From the NCBI RefSeq assembly GCF_001194135.2, contig NC_068981.1:95755916-95819915 (forward strand): 64,000 nucleotides of DNA. The letters run 5' to 3'. The notes below the pieces were generated by a model, which searched no databases, was not told the DNA's origin, and saw nothing but the letters and a program-made list of their open reading frames with translations. This stretch comes from Octopus bimaculoides (lineage: Eukaryota). The position numbers and the translations under genes were made by a program. Position 1 is the first letter of the stretch; each line of letters starts with the position of its first letter. Positions 1-10,498 of the stretch are shown here, piece after piece.

Positions 1-1089
1 AAAAGTTTATCATTAATTGCTGAAGTTCTTGATGTAAGTTGATGACTTTAGAACATAATTCTATTATTTTATGATTTAAATTTGTGATATTTTCAGTACA
101 GTGATAGAATCTAGAAATTTGTTGACATCAGTGTGTGTGTGTGTGTGTGTGAAGTCATTATGAAATAGCTTTAAAGAATTTGCATTTGGCAAGCTTGTAA
201 AATGACTCATTTGTCATATTTACTATTTTATTCACTCTGTAGAACAGAGGTGGGGAATGTCTCACAAAGCAGGTAAAATTTCTCTGAAAAATTTTTCTTA
301 AAAAATAAAAATAAACCATATGAATAAAAAAATCCCTTTAAGTTTTAAGATCAGAACAGTAATTCAATACTGCTTGTTTTCAACACCTCATGAAGCACAA
401 ATTCTGTTAACCAAAATGCTTGTCTAAATGTAATCATGAGTTAGTCATACCTTTATTACAGCCCAAAAGCATCCATTATAGCCTCCAGATCGNNNNNNNN
501 NNNNNNNNNNNNNNNNNNNNNNNNNNAAATACCCCCCTCCCCAAACACCTACTTGTGGGCGTTTATTCTGTCATATTGGGTATAGTTATTGAGTATGAGT
601 AGTTACTGGAAATTGAAGTTTTGTCTCAGCTGTATCATTAAGAAAATAAAAACAATTTTGAATACTGGTAATATTTAAAGTTTTGGAAATATGTTAAATC
701 AGTATTATAAATTGTATAAAAGAGACCCCTTTGGCAAGAGAAAAAGACTTTCAGACCTACTAAAAATTGCAGCATCATGAGTCCCTTTAAAATCTCTGAG
801 CTCTCCAAAGCAAATCAAAATCAACCTTCTTAGTAAAGGAAGCTTTGTTAAATTTAAAACATTAAACTCTGTGATGTTTTTGGAGTTTTGGTATTTAAAG
901 CATTATAACTATTTGGGTGATTAATGCCATGATAACATTTTAATTAATGTTATTTAGTGTGATTATGTGCATACAACTGAATTTGTAAAATTAAAGGTTC
1001 AATATTTTTCTCAGTTTCAAAGTGCATCCTATAGGTTCTTATGCAGCTTCCAGTCACTCCTGAATTGAAAATGAGGTGATCTTATGGTA

Positions 1090-1413
1090 CGAGTCCTAAA
1101 TATCGGCCTTTTCCGTAACACCCGCACGATCTTCACTATGGTGTTAGGATTAGGGTTTTAGTGTCAGGGTTAGGGTTAGGGTTACGGTTAGGGACGGAAT
1201 TCTCTAATGCAAACCCCAAACCCAAACCCTAACCGTAAACCTAACCCTAACCCTAACTCTAAACCCTTCAAAATAAATCACGCTCTCTGTATGTCTTTCG
1301 CTGTTATGATGTTGTTTCCCTGTTTCTCTCCAACACTTTTTACAGAAAAGGCCGATCTTTGGTAAAGATTGCCAAAGACACTTTTTACGGAAAAGGCCGA
1401 TATTTAGGACTTG
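1090..1413. mobile_element. MITE-like element, TA TSD, ~29-bp TIRs, internal inverted (TTAGGG)/(CCCTAA) arms
   Basis: TA|CGAGTCCTAAATATCGGCCTTTTCCGTAA ... TTACGGAAAAGGCCGATATTTAGGACTTG|TA, 1 mismatch. Confidence 0.8.
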
Positions 1414-1760
1414 TACTGAAAGATTGCCGAAAATGATTCTCTACTGTAGAGCAATGCATTAAGTGTAATACAGACCCAAATGTAATGTGAAGTCATAGTT
1501 TTGCTTCAGAAACAGGTTCATACTTTATGAACCAGCACATCTCCCCTACGATCATCCAGGGTAATGCCTTTTCCATTTTGTCTACTGAGGCCATGAGAAA
1601 TGTTTCCATATTGTGAGTGGACTTGGATTCGGAATGGAAGTTGCAGTGTGGCTGGTAGGAAAAGCATTTCTGCTTGGATTTCATTTCATTTTGTTGTTTA
1701 TGAATAATATATTTCTCTCTGAGGAAATTCAATTTGGTCAATTGTTGTATCATATTTAAG

Positions 1761-1883
1761 CTTTGGATGTTGGTCCAACGTAAATGGATGTATCTTGAAG
1801 GTATTTTTATTGGTGGTGACATTCGTGCTCAGTTACCTGAAGAAGCCAAGAAATTTGACCAAATTCATAAGATGTTTAAAAAG
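1761..1883 (+). CDS. DNAH10: Axonemal dynein heavy chain, exon 1 of window (linker: LWMLVQRKWMYLEGIFIGGDIRAQLPEEAKKFDQIHKMFKK)
   Basis: AG/GT flanks, 41 codons, conserved dynein WMYLE.IF motif; absent from ORF track. Confidence 0.9.
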
Positions 1884-1941
1884 GTAAGACATCATTAAAT
1901 GATACTAATACAAGTTGTTTGACAGAAATTTTATGAAAGAA

Positions 1942-2385
1942 ATTATTATTATTATTATTATTTCTTTTTATCTCAGATTTTGTTGGAGCTCCTGGAGTCT
2001 TGCATGCATAGCAGGCTTGCTGCCTGCAGCCTATGGTACCATGCGTGCTGTTTTTTTCAGCTATCTAATACTTTCCTGATTATTCTGGCCATGCCAAAGA
2101 GACAAACCTTTTGTAACAGTTCTACTGGGCACTCTGTTCCAATGTCCTTTATATTCCTCTTGATGTCTTCTGATACTGTCCCTAAGGATCCAACAATGAT
2201 TGGCACTATCTTCACCTTCTTCATTTTCCATAGTCGGGTTATTTTATACTTAAGAGGGTTGTATTTATCTATTTTTTTTACCTTCCTTCTTGACTATTCG
2301 TAGGTCAAAGGGGTACACAACATAATTATAGATGTGAAGTTAAGATGTTAGATGCAGACATGACTATCTGCACACACTTGCCTAT
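1942..2385 (-). mobile_element. 3' fragment of an RLE-type non-LTR retrotransposon (Dong/R4-like) ending in (TAA)n
   Basis: Minus-strand translation PFDLRIVKKE..K.DKY..L...LWKMKKVKIVPIIVGSLG...LLQKVCLFGMARIIRKVLDS*. Confidence 0.75.
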
Positions 2386-3027
2386 AGGTACAGGCATATC
2401 TGTGTGATTGAAAAGTTTGGTTTTGGGTTCTACTGACTGGCACCTTGAGTGTCTTCTACTCTAGATTTGGATATGTAGAATTCAGTAGATAAAAATTGTA
2501 TGGAAGCCCACCATATGTGCATGTATGTGTATATATATGTATGTATATGTATGTAAGTATGTATGTATGTATGTATGTATGTATGTATGTATGTATGTAT
2601 GTGTGTTTTTGTGTGTTTTTGTAACTACTTATCCAACTATGTTGACATGGAAAATGATGGGGTAAAAGTATATGACTATGTATTAAGATCTTTTTAATTC
2701 CAGTGAATATTTAACAACTGTAAGTCATTAGGAATAATCAGTTATCAATATTAGTCATTGAGAGTGATTAACACCTAAGATCTGTTAACAGTGATAGTGT
2801 AGTTACACATGTCAATAGGATTATAAACCTTCCATCTAGACAAAGAAAAGTAGAGTATAAGTATACTTAAAATTTCAGACTGAACACATGGTTTGTAACA
2901 ACAAAATTACTCAAATTAATCATTCTCTTATAAACTTTTCAAATGCAAACTTTACAATTTGATGTGAGAGCTACTTGAATTTTAATGCATTATAAATACA
3001 AATGAAATCCTGTTACTCTGTTTATAG

Positions 3028-3261
3028 ATTATGACTGAGACATACAAGAATCCTAACATCAAAGACTCATGTCATACACCCAACCGTGCACAAGATTTGG
3101 AGATGCTAAGCTTGGGACTTGAGAAATGTCAGAAATCTCTGAATGATTATTTAGACTCAAAGAGAAACTCTTTTCCACGGTTCTTTTTTATATCTGATGA
3201 TGAACTGCTAAGTATACTTGGTAGCAGTGAACCAACATGTGTCCAGGAACATATTATTAAG
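3028..3261 (+). CDS. DNAH10: Dynein heavy chain exon 2 (IMTETY...CQKSLNDYLDSKRNSFPRFFFISDDELLSILG...IIK)
   Basis: tttatag acceptor, gtgaga donor, FPRFFFISDDELL motif. Confidence 0.95.
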
Positions 3262-3718
3262 GTGAGATCAACCGAAGAAGTATATATTTTGGATTATTTT
3301 TATTAACTGAGAATGGGTTAGTGAGATTAAAGATAAATTTATTAATCTTTGGTGTCATCTCTTGAATATGAATAAGTTTTATCTATATGCATTTCATAAC
3401 ATTTTCTGTCTGATGTACAAAATTATTAGTAAAGATTTGTAATCAAGAATTGTTAAGTTTCTTACAATCATTTTGCCAATAAAATTTGGTTGATCTGTTG
3501 CATGTCATATTATTTTTGAAAGGAAGTTTTATCTTCAATGACATATAGAAACTTACTTTTTGCCAATGATAGTAACTCTATTCAAAAGCATTTACAGAAG
3601 TTGATGGTCAGAAATTTGAAAGCTTCCTTTTTTCATCTCTGTTTTTCATTTATGAAATAAATCTAGTAAGGTACTTTCTTATCATTATTTGTATTGTCTT
3701 TTCTGTATACATTATTTT

Positions 3719-3920
3719 GCAGAATTGGTAGCACACCAAGCAAAATGCTTAGCAGCGTTTCATCCATCCTTATGTTCTGTGTTCAAATTTCACTGAGGTC
3801 AACTTTGTCTTTCATCCTTTTGGGGTCAATAAAATAAGCACCAGTTGAACACTGAGGTCGATGTAATTGACTTACCCTCTCTCCAAAATTTCAGGCCTTC
3901 TGCACATAGCAGAAAGGATT
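3719..3920 (+). mobile_element. SINE family A (Meta-domain-like: GAGGTCAACTTTG.CTTTCATCCTTT.GGGGTC.ATAAAATAAG.ACCAG)
   Basis: Shared core with more than 10 other copies in the window. Confidence 0.75.
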
Positions 3921-4412
3921 AAACTATTAGTTACGAGACTTATGGTTTCTGTTTCATGAGATCTTCTTCTACCATAGGAATCTTACTGTGTCCTAGACTA
4001 AGATACTTAACTTGATCTGTTCATGGTTTAATGCCTAACCCTTTGCTTGTCCAAAGCATTTTCATAAGTTTGTCCTAAATGCTCATTCATGTTTTCAAAC
4101 TTTTAGTTACCCCTTGTTTCATATGTTGTCCTTGTTTCATATGTTTTCCCACATTACTCTAGTGATTGAGAAAAAATTGGGAATGTGTATATGACATATG
4201 ATACCTGGATACCAGGAAAATATGTCTTGTGTACCACATAATACACAGGACGGGTAAAGGATTAATTTAAAACTGCAAGATGTTAAATTCCTGGATCCTG
4301 GTGTGTGAGTTTAAATCCCATTTTGAATGAATTGTGTCCTTGGGTAACACACTTTACCTTTTTGGTTTTGATAAAGTGATTAATACTTGTAATTTTTAAT
4401 TTTGCTTTGAAG

Positions 4413-4639
4413 ATGTTTGACAACATTGCTTCCCTTCGATTTGAAATTGGATCCAATGGTGAGACATTAGCTACAGCAATGATATCAAGTGAGAAGGAGA
4501 TGATGAATTTCCATCACCATATTATGGCTGAGGGACGAGTTGAAGATTGGATGACCAATGTACTTAATGAAATGAGAACAACAAATCGTCTGATTACCAA
4601 AGAAGCAATATATTATTACTGTGCTAATAATAAAACACG
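4413..4639 (+). CDS. DNAH10: Dynein heavy chain exon 3 (MFDNIASLRF...EGRVEDWM...TR)
   Basis: AG/GT, ends phase 2, matches exon 4 start. Confidence 0.93.
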
Positions 4640-4810
4640 GTAGGTTTCGGACACTTTGATTCATGTATTTTTGTTTTAGAAGATTCAGTTTTAGTTTCAG
4701 CAAATTTAGTATCAGTTTCTTGTTAATTCAGTATTCTTCTATTGAGCTGATCTCTTTGTTTTCTTACCTGTTTTGCTGCTGGGTATCATTAGTTGTTATA
4801 ACATATATGT

Positions 4811-4970
4811 ACAGGCATGGCTGTGTGGTTGAGATGCTTGCTTCCCAATCATATGGTTTTTTGATTCAGTCCCACTGAGAGGTACCTTGGGCAAGTGTCT
4901 TCTACTCTAGCCCTGGGCAGATCAAAGCCTTGTGAGTGGATTTGGTAGATGGAAAATGAAAGAAGTCATA

Positions 4971-5029
<59 letters not shown>

Positions 5030-5353
5030 GTATACACACACACACACACACACACATTCACACACACACACACACATATACATACATACATACATAATAC
5101 ATATAAACATGTGTATGTGTGTTCGTGGTGTGTGTACCATGGTGGTTGTAAATGAACATCATCATCATACAAATAAGGTTGTTTGTTTCCAGTCTTCTGT
5201 GAAAAACATTTTTAGCTACAGAAAAATATTACTTTGCTTGGAAACAGGTGAGAGCTGACAACAGGAAGGGTATCTGGCTATGGAAAATCTACCTCAACTA
5301 ATTCCGTCTGACCCATGCAAGCATGGAAAAGTGGACATTAAATGATAATTATG
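4811..5353 (+). mobile_element. Composite SINE family D: tRNA-like head, CORE-like CCTTGGGCAAGTGTCTT, internal (TA)n/(CA)n, RTE-like tail
   Basis: Head shared with 2389, 19275, 27460, 35700, 63957; tail matches the RTE 3' end. Confidence 0.7.
4970..5075. repeat. (TA)n then (CA)n microsatellite
   Basis: Read directly. Confidence 0.95.
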
Positions 5354-5589
5354 AAATAAAGGCGACTGTATTATAATAAAGTGGTTAATTGTAAAGAACT
5401 GAACAATAATAGGTCCAGTCAACAATAAGTAACAGAGTTATTGAGTGGAAAACTAAAATATTTGAATTAAAGAGCTGTCAGCTGTAAAACAAATTATGGA
5501 GTGGCCAATTGTAGAGAAGTTAATCAATTGAATTTTAGAATAATTAGTATTAGATGGTGGAGTTCAAGAATGGTCTATTCTATTTTCAG

Positions 5590-5758
5590 AGTCCAGTGCA
5601 TGTTTAACTGTTTGGGAATGGTGTGTCTTGCTTGTAACCAAGTTTGGTGGACATGGCAAGTGGAAGATGTTTACAATAAAATCAAGAAAGGTACAAAGAC
5701 GGCTATGAAGGACTATGCTAAGAAACTGCATAGTCAAATTGATGACATCGTTGTGCAG
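5590..5758 (+). CDS. DNAH10: Dynein heavy chain exon 4 (VQCMFNCLGMVCLACNQVWWTWQVEDV...VVQ)
   Basis: ttttcag acceptor; QVWWTW motif typical of DNAH10. Confidence 0.92.
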
Positions 5759-6063
5759 GTATTATTTTCTTTTATATTCCTTCTTTGGTTTCCACTGTAT
5801 GCTACCCTTTTGTATCTTACTGTAAGGATGGGTGATGGGTTATACAGGATGATATAAATCCTTAACCATTTTTAAAATTCTTAGTTATAGTCATTTCACT
5901 TTTTTTTATTAACTAATTCCCTTCAGAAATTTATGAATTTCTGAATTATAACCTCCTTTCTTATTTAGAAATCTGAGGTTTTGTGTTTGTGTACAAAGTA
6001 ATTAGTTCTAGGATCCAGAGTTATTGACTTCTACTGTTGCCTCTTAATATTATATTTGTTTCT

Positions 6064-6283
6064 AAGGCAGTGAGCTGGCAGAATCGATAGCTCTTCAGGC
6101 AAATGCTTAGTGGCATTTCATCCATCTTTATGTTCTGAATTCAAATTCCGCAGAGGTTTACTTTGCCTTTCATCCTTTCAGTATCAATAAAATAAGTACC
6201 AGTTAAGCGCTGGGGTTGATGTAATCAACTTACTCCCTCCCTCAAAAGTGCTGGCCCTGTGCCAAAATTTAAAGCCAATATTA
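6064..6283 (+). mobile_element. SINE family A copy
   Basis: Full head-core-tail similarity to other copies. Confidence 0.8.
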
Positions 6284-6744
6284 TATTTGTTTCTGTGAAA
6301 TTGCTTCCCATATGTTTTAAAATGAGATTGTAGATTGAATAGATGAAAAGCAAACTTCCATTTTATAATACTCACTTATACAACTATTAGCTGTATCTAT
6401 CTCGTTTTTTATAACCCACAGTATTCGAGCCTAATATTCAGTAATCCTAATATTCATCTCTTATTCAGTGTCGTTTATTTCTTACAGTGATAAACAGTGT
6501 CTCAGCCCTTAGTATGTACTTACATTGTGGGGAATGAACAGATGAGTTATAAGTTTTTTTCAGTGACATAACACATAACACGGCAGACAAGATCTAAATT
6601 ATTGGCTGTTTGGTTGGCCAGCTGATATCCTAGTGATTTGTTCATTTGTGACTCTCACATTTACATACAAACTAACTAGACAATAATGTTTCTAAGTTGC
6701 TCTATGGTTTGGAGGTGAAATATCTGGGAACTTAGAGTGCTGGG

Positions 6745-7290
6745 TTTTCTGATTTTCACAGCCAATGCACAAGGGCAATAAACACTGAAGATGTACAGAA
6801 AACAGATTCCATCACATGCCAAGGGGAAAACTAGAAGTAGTTGATAGCTTCTGTTACTTAGGTGACCAAGTCAGAAGTGGGGGTGGATGCTCTGAGAGTG
6901 TATACTAGAATAAGAATAGCCTAGGCAAATTGTAGTTGTGGCTGATGCCAGTGTCACCTGACCGGCACCCATGCCAGGCCACACAAAAGCACCATTTGAG
7001 CATGATCGATGCCAGTGTTGCCTGACTGGCTCCCGTGCCAGTGGCATGTAAAAAGCACCATTCAAGTGTGGTCAATGCCAGTGCCACTTGACTGGCCCCC
7101 ATGCTGATGGCACATAAAAAGCACCCACTACACTTGGAGTGGTTGGCATTAGGAAGGGCATCCATCTGTTGAAACCTTGCCAGATCAGATTAGAGCCTGT
7201 TACAGCCTCCTGGCTTGCCAGTCCTCAGTCAAACCGTCCAACCCATGCCAGTATAGAAAGCAGATGTTAAACGATGATGATGATGATGAT
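6745..7290 (+). mobile_element. RTE LINE 3' fragment with internal deletion, (GAT)n tail
   Basis: 6760-6930 matches 51120-51290 and joins directly to 3'UTR sequence matching ~51935 onward. Confidence 0.8.
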
Positions 7291-7880
7291 TTTAATATAT
7301 CTTTAAACAACACATTACTTTGGTTGTCATAATCAATCCAGTGAGTAACATTAAATTACCCACTCTCCTGTTTGGAACTCATAATTGGGATATTGTAAGA
7401 TCTTGAGGCTGTATGATAGATTCATTCAAGCTAATGAATGTGATTGTGATGAAAATAATTTTGATGATGATGATAATGAGGCAGAGAATAAAGAAGTGAC
7501 TTGAGTGATAATTTTTCTATGTTTGCGCTAACCACTATTTGGTTATCGTGGAGAATATACTTGTAGCCTTAATCCATTGCTTGCCATTACCTGTCTCTTG
7601 AGTGCTTATAGTGAAGTGCACTCTCTTTCAAGCATTTCAGCCATGCTGTTGGTCTGCATGCATTGGGGCTCTGCATTCACACATACACATAAGCATACAC
7701 ACATACACATAAGCATACACACATACACATACCATAGACATGCATGTAATCTATACACACAGGCTGTACCAAAATGGCACACACAATGCAAGTCTCAAAT
7801 TCGAATGAAATGCACGTATAGCCACACACTCATACCCATACATATATAGAAAAATTATACACACATACACATGCATGCAT

Positions 7881-7920
<40 letters not shown>

Positions 7921-8011
7921 ACACACATGCACAACCCAACTAAGTATAAAAGATCAGTGAATGATGTCTGCTTCTGACAAACTTATCAGTCATCCTTCTA
8001 TATACTTTCAG

Positions 8012-8112
8012 ATTCGCTCACCACTCAACAGAAATGACCGTGCAAAATTCAATACAATCCTCATCATTGATGTTCATGCCAGAGACATCATTGACAGCTT
8101 TGTTCGCGACAG
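8012..8112 (+). CDS. DNAH10: Dynein heavy chain exon 5 (IRSPLNRNDRAKFNTILIIDVHARDIIDSFVRD)
   Basis: AG/GT, IIDVHARD motif, phase 2 end. Confidence 0.95.
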
Positions 8113-8798
8113 GTTTGTATATACAAGACTACACATACAAGTCTTTGTTTTAAATTATTTACATATTGTTGAAATTTATAGAAATCGTTTTATCATGTCT
8201 CTGGAATACTGAAAATTGTAATGATGTCAATACTACTGAGGCCAGCTTTGCCTTACAACCTTTCAGGGCTGAAAAAAAAAAAACAAAGACAAGTCAGGTG
8301 AGATGCATTGGCAAAACTACAAGAATGCTGGATGTGATGCCTTGTGGTATTATTTATTCTGGTTCTTTACATTCTGAGTTCAAATCTTGCTGTGGCCTAT
8401 TTGAATAATAGACTTAATCTGTTGACTGGTTTAATACCACTACTTGGTACCTCTGTTGTAAGCATTCAGTCTACATCTCCAGTTTAAGGATATCTTTATC
8501 TCTGCCTTCCCTTAGTTTTAGAGGTTCTGTTGAAGAGTTAAGGATACTGCCTCCCCCCCCCCATAATTAAAAAGATAAAAAAATATCCAAATGTACTTAT
8601 TTCCTTAATTTGTTGTCTCTCAGGAGGGTCACAACGCCATTAATGAATACATACCCTGGTTCAATTTTACTTCTTTATTATTTGTCAATTGGTTAGCTAT
8701 TTAACCAACTAACTAATCAATTGTTTGATTAATCACTCAGTTAATCAATCAATCAGTTGTGTTTGTCAAAGTCCTTTCATCATTTGTGATCTCTTTAA

Positions 8799-9018
8799 CC
8801 CTTTAGTGTTTAAACCGGCCATATCTGGTCCAGATATTTCTTCTGTTTTATGTTCAAACTGGCCTGATCTAACCTCTCACACCTACCCTACAATGCCATT
8901 CTAAAAATAGACAATAACAGCATCAAAATCTCAAAGTTATGAGACAATATATTATTAATTCAAAACAATATGAATAAATAAGCTTTACATTTGACCGAGT
9001 AATTTGAACATTAAAGGA
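8799..9018. mobile_element. piggyBac-like MITE nested in the inverted repeat
   Basis: TTAA|CCCTTTAGTGTTTAAA ... TTTGAACATTAAAGGA|TTAA. Confidence 0.7.
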
Positions 9019-9067
9019 TTAAAGACATCTTAGACAGACCTGGAACTGACCTGAAATAGAGAGGACA

Positions 9068-9110
9068 TGTCACTGAAGAGGTCATGGGTGGCAACAAAAG
9101 AACTTTGACA
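9068..9110 (+). ncRNA. Degenerate minimal type I hammerhead ribozyme relic
   Basis: TGTCA-CTGAAGA-GGTCATGGGTGGCAAC-AAAAG-AA-CTT-TGACA; stem I 5 bp, G12 changed to A. Confidence 0.5.
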
Positions 9111-9235
9111 AATACAACTGATTGATTGATTAACCAAATGATTAATTAAACAACCAACTAGTTATTTGATTAAGTAGCTAACCAATTGGTGAAATAAAGA
9201 AGTAAAATTATGCGTATGCTTATTAATTATTGGCA

Positions 9236-9289
9236 TCTCAAGATACAACAAAATCTCAAGATACAACAAAATCTCAAGATACAACAAAA
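9236..9289. repeat. Perfect 18-bp tandem repeat x3 (TCTCAAGATACAACAAAA)
   Basis: Read directly. Confidence 0.9.
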
Positions 9290-10066
9290 TTTGTTTTGAC
9301 ACAGAGTTCACATCAAGAACCTTGCAAACCAAATACAGTTATTTTCTTATGTTTCTGCTTTTATGAATCTCTTTTAGTCTCTACTTCTTTATCACTTTTC
9401 TCTCTATCTCTCTCTGTCCTTGATCCTCTCCTTCCTTTTTTCTCTACCTCACACTTTATTTCATATTTTTGTTGTTGTTTTATCTCCGAGTCTATGATCC
9501 TTACAACACCTAAAACCATTGCAGGCCTTCTAACACTTGAAAGATCAATACTGTTAGTATGCAAGCTTGAATCTATGTTGTTGAATGCAGAACAGATGTG
9601 AGTTGGGGTGGAAATGATAGAGGGTTGTCATTCTGGAGAGGAAAGATTGGGAAACGGTTATAATGCAGGGCTTAGTAGGGGAACACAGTAAATGTAATGC
9701 AAGGAAGTAAAACAGAGACAATGTGACTGGAATGAATTGTAGGTAACTTGTTCAGAGGAACAAAGGCTATTGTCATAGTAATTGTGTATCAACCTGTAGT
9801 GAATTTTGGCACAGCGTAGCAGGTTTATTTTTCATCATGCATATCTGATCAAAAGTGTAACTTTGTTCTGTTTCTTTATATGCTATTTTTAATGTTGTTT
9901 AATGTTGTTATATCTTTTTGTGGGGAGCATGTGTACAATTTTCCCCAGTCTTTAATTACAGTGCTTTTTAAAGGATCAAATAATTTAAATTTCCAGTTTA
10001 TAAGTTCCATAAATATAGATCTGCTTACACATATATTTCTAGACTTCTAGACATGTTCATATAATC

Positions 10067-10485
10067 AATATTGGTTTCAGATTTTTGATACAAGGCCAGC
10101 AAGTTCAGGGGATGAGGTAAGTCAGTTGCATCGACCTCAATCCTCAACTTGTATTTATTTTATCAACCCCAAAAGGATGAAAGGCAAAGTTAATCTCAGC
10201 AGAATTTGAACTCAGAATGTAAAGATTGATGAAATGCCACTAAGCATTTTGCCCAGCATGCTAACAATTCTGCCAACTCACTACCTTATTTCATATTATT
10301 AATATTGATTTCAAATTTTGGCACAGGGCCAACGATTATGGGAGGGGAGCGTAAGTTGATTACATCGACCTCAACCGGTACTTCTTTTATCGATCCCAAA
10401 AGGATGAAAGGCAAAGTAGACCTCAGTGGAATTTGAACTCAGAAAGTGAAGATGGATGAAATGTTGCTAAGCATTTTGCCCAGTA
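10067..10485 (-). mobile_element. Two tandem SINE family A copies (10067-10287, 10301-10485)
   Basis: Reverse complement of the 6064 copy, twice. Confidence 0.8.
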
Positions 10486-10498
10486 TACTTTCATGTTA

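Larger units (their letters stand above)
8662..9210. repeat. Inverted repeat pair (~110-150 bp arms), each carrying a hammerhead-like relic; Penelope-pLTR-like
   Basis: 8662-8798 is the reverse complement of 9068-9210. Confidence 0.75.

Noticed and set aside
243-272. Short AG...GT-bounded segment as a possible upstream exon
   Set aside because: No frame resembles the dynein sequence expected before LWMLVQRKW; the preceding exon is probably outside the window.
1145-1267. TTAGGG repeats as a true telomere or chromosome fusion site
   Set aside because: Short, degenerate, and enclosed by TIRs and TA TSDs inside an intron.
4922-5258. ORF-track proteins rich in YI/HT/CV/LS/ER/polyS/polyI/polyD (also 7577-7939, 27473-28330, 43182-43974, 47709-48568, 59325-60097, 63422-63907)
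   Set aside because: Translations of microsatellites; no splice or homology support.
6784-6805. CTGAAGA-TGTACA-GAAAA hammerhead-like string
   Set aside because: Lies in RTE coding sequence (homologous to ~51140); no stems I or III.
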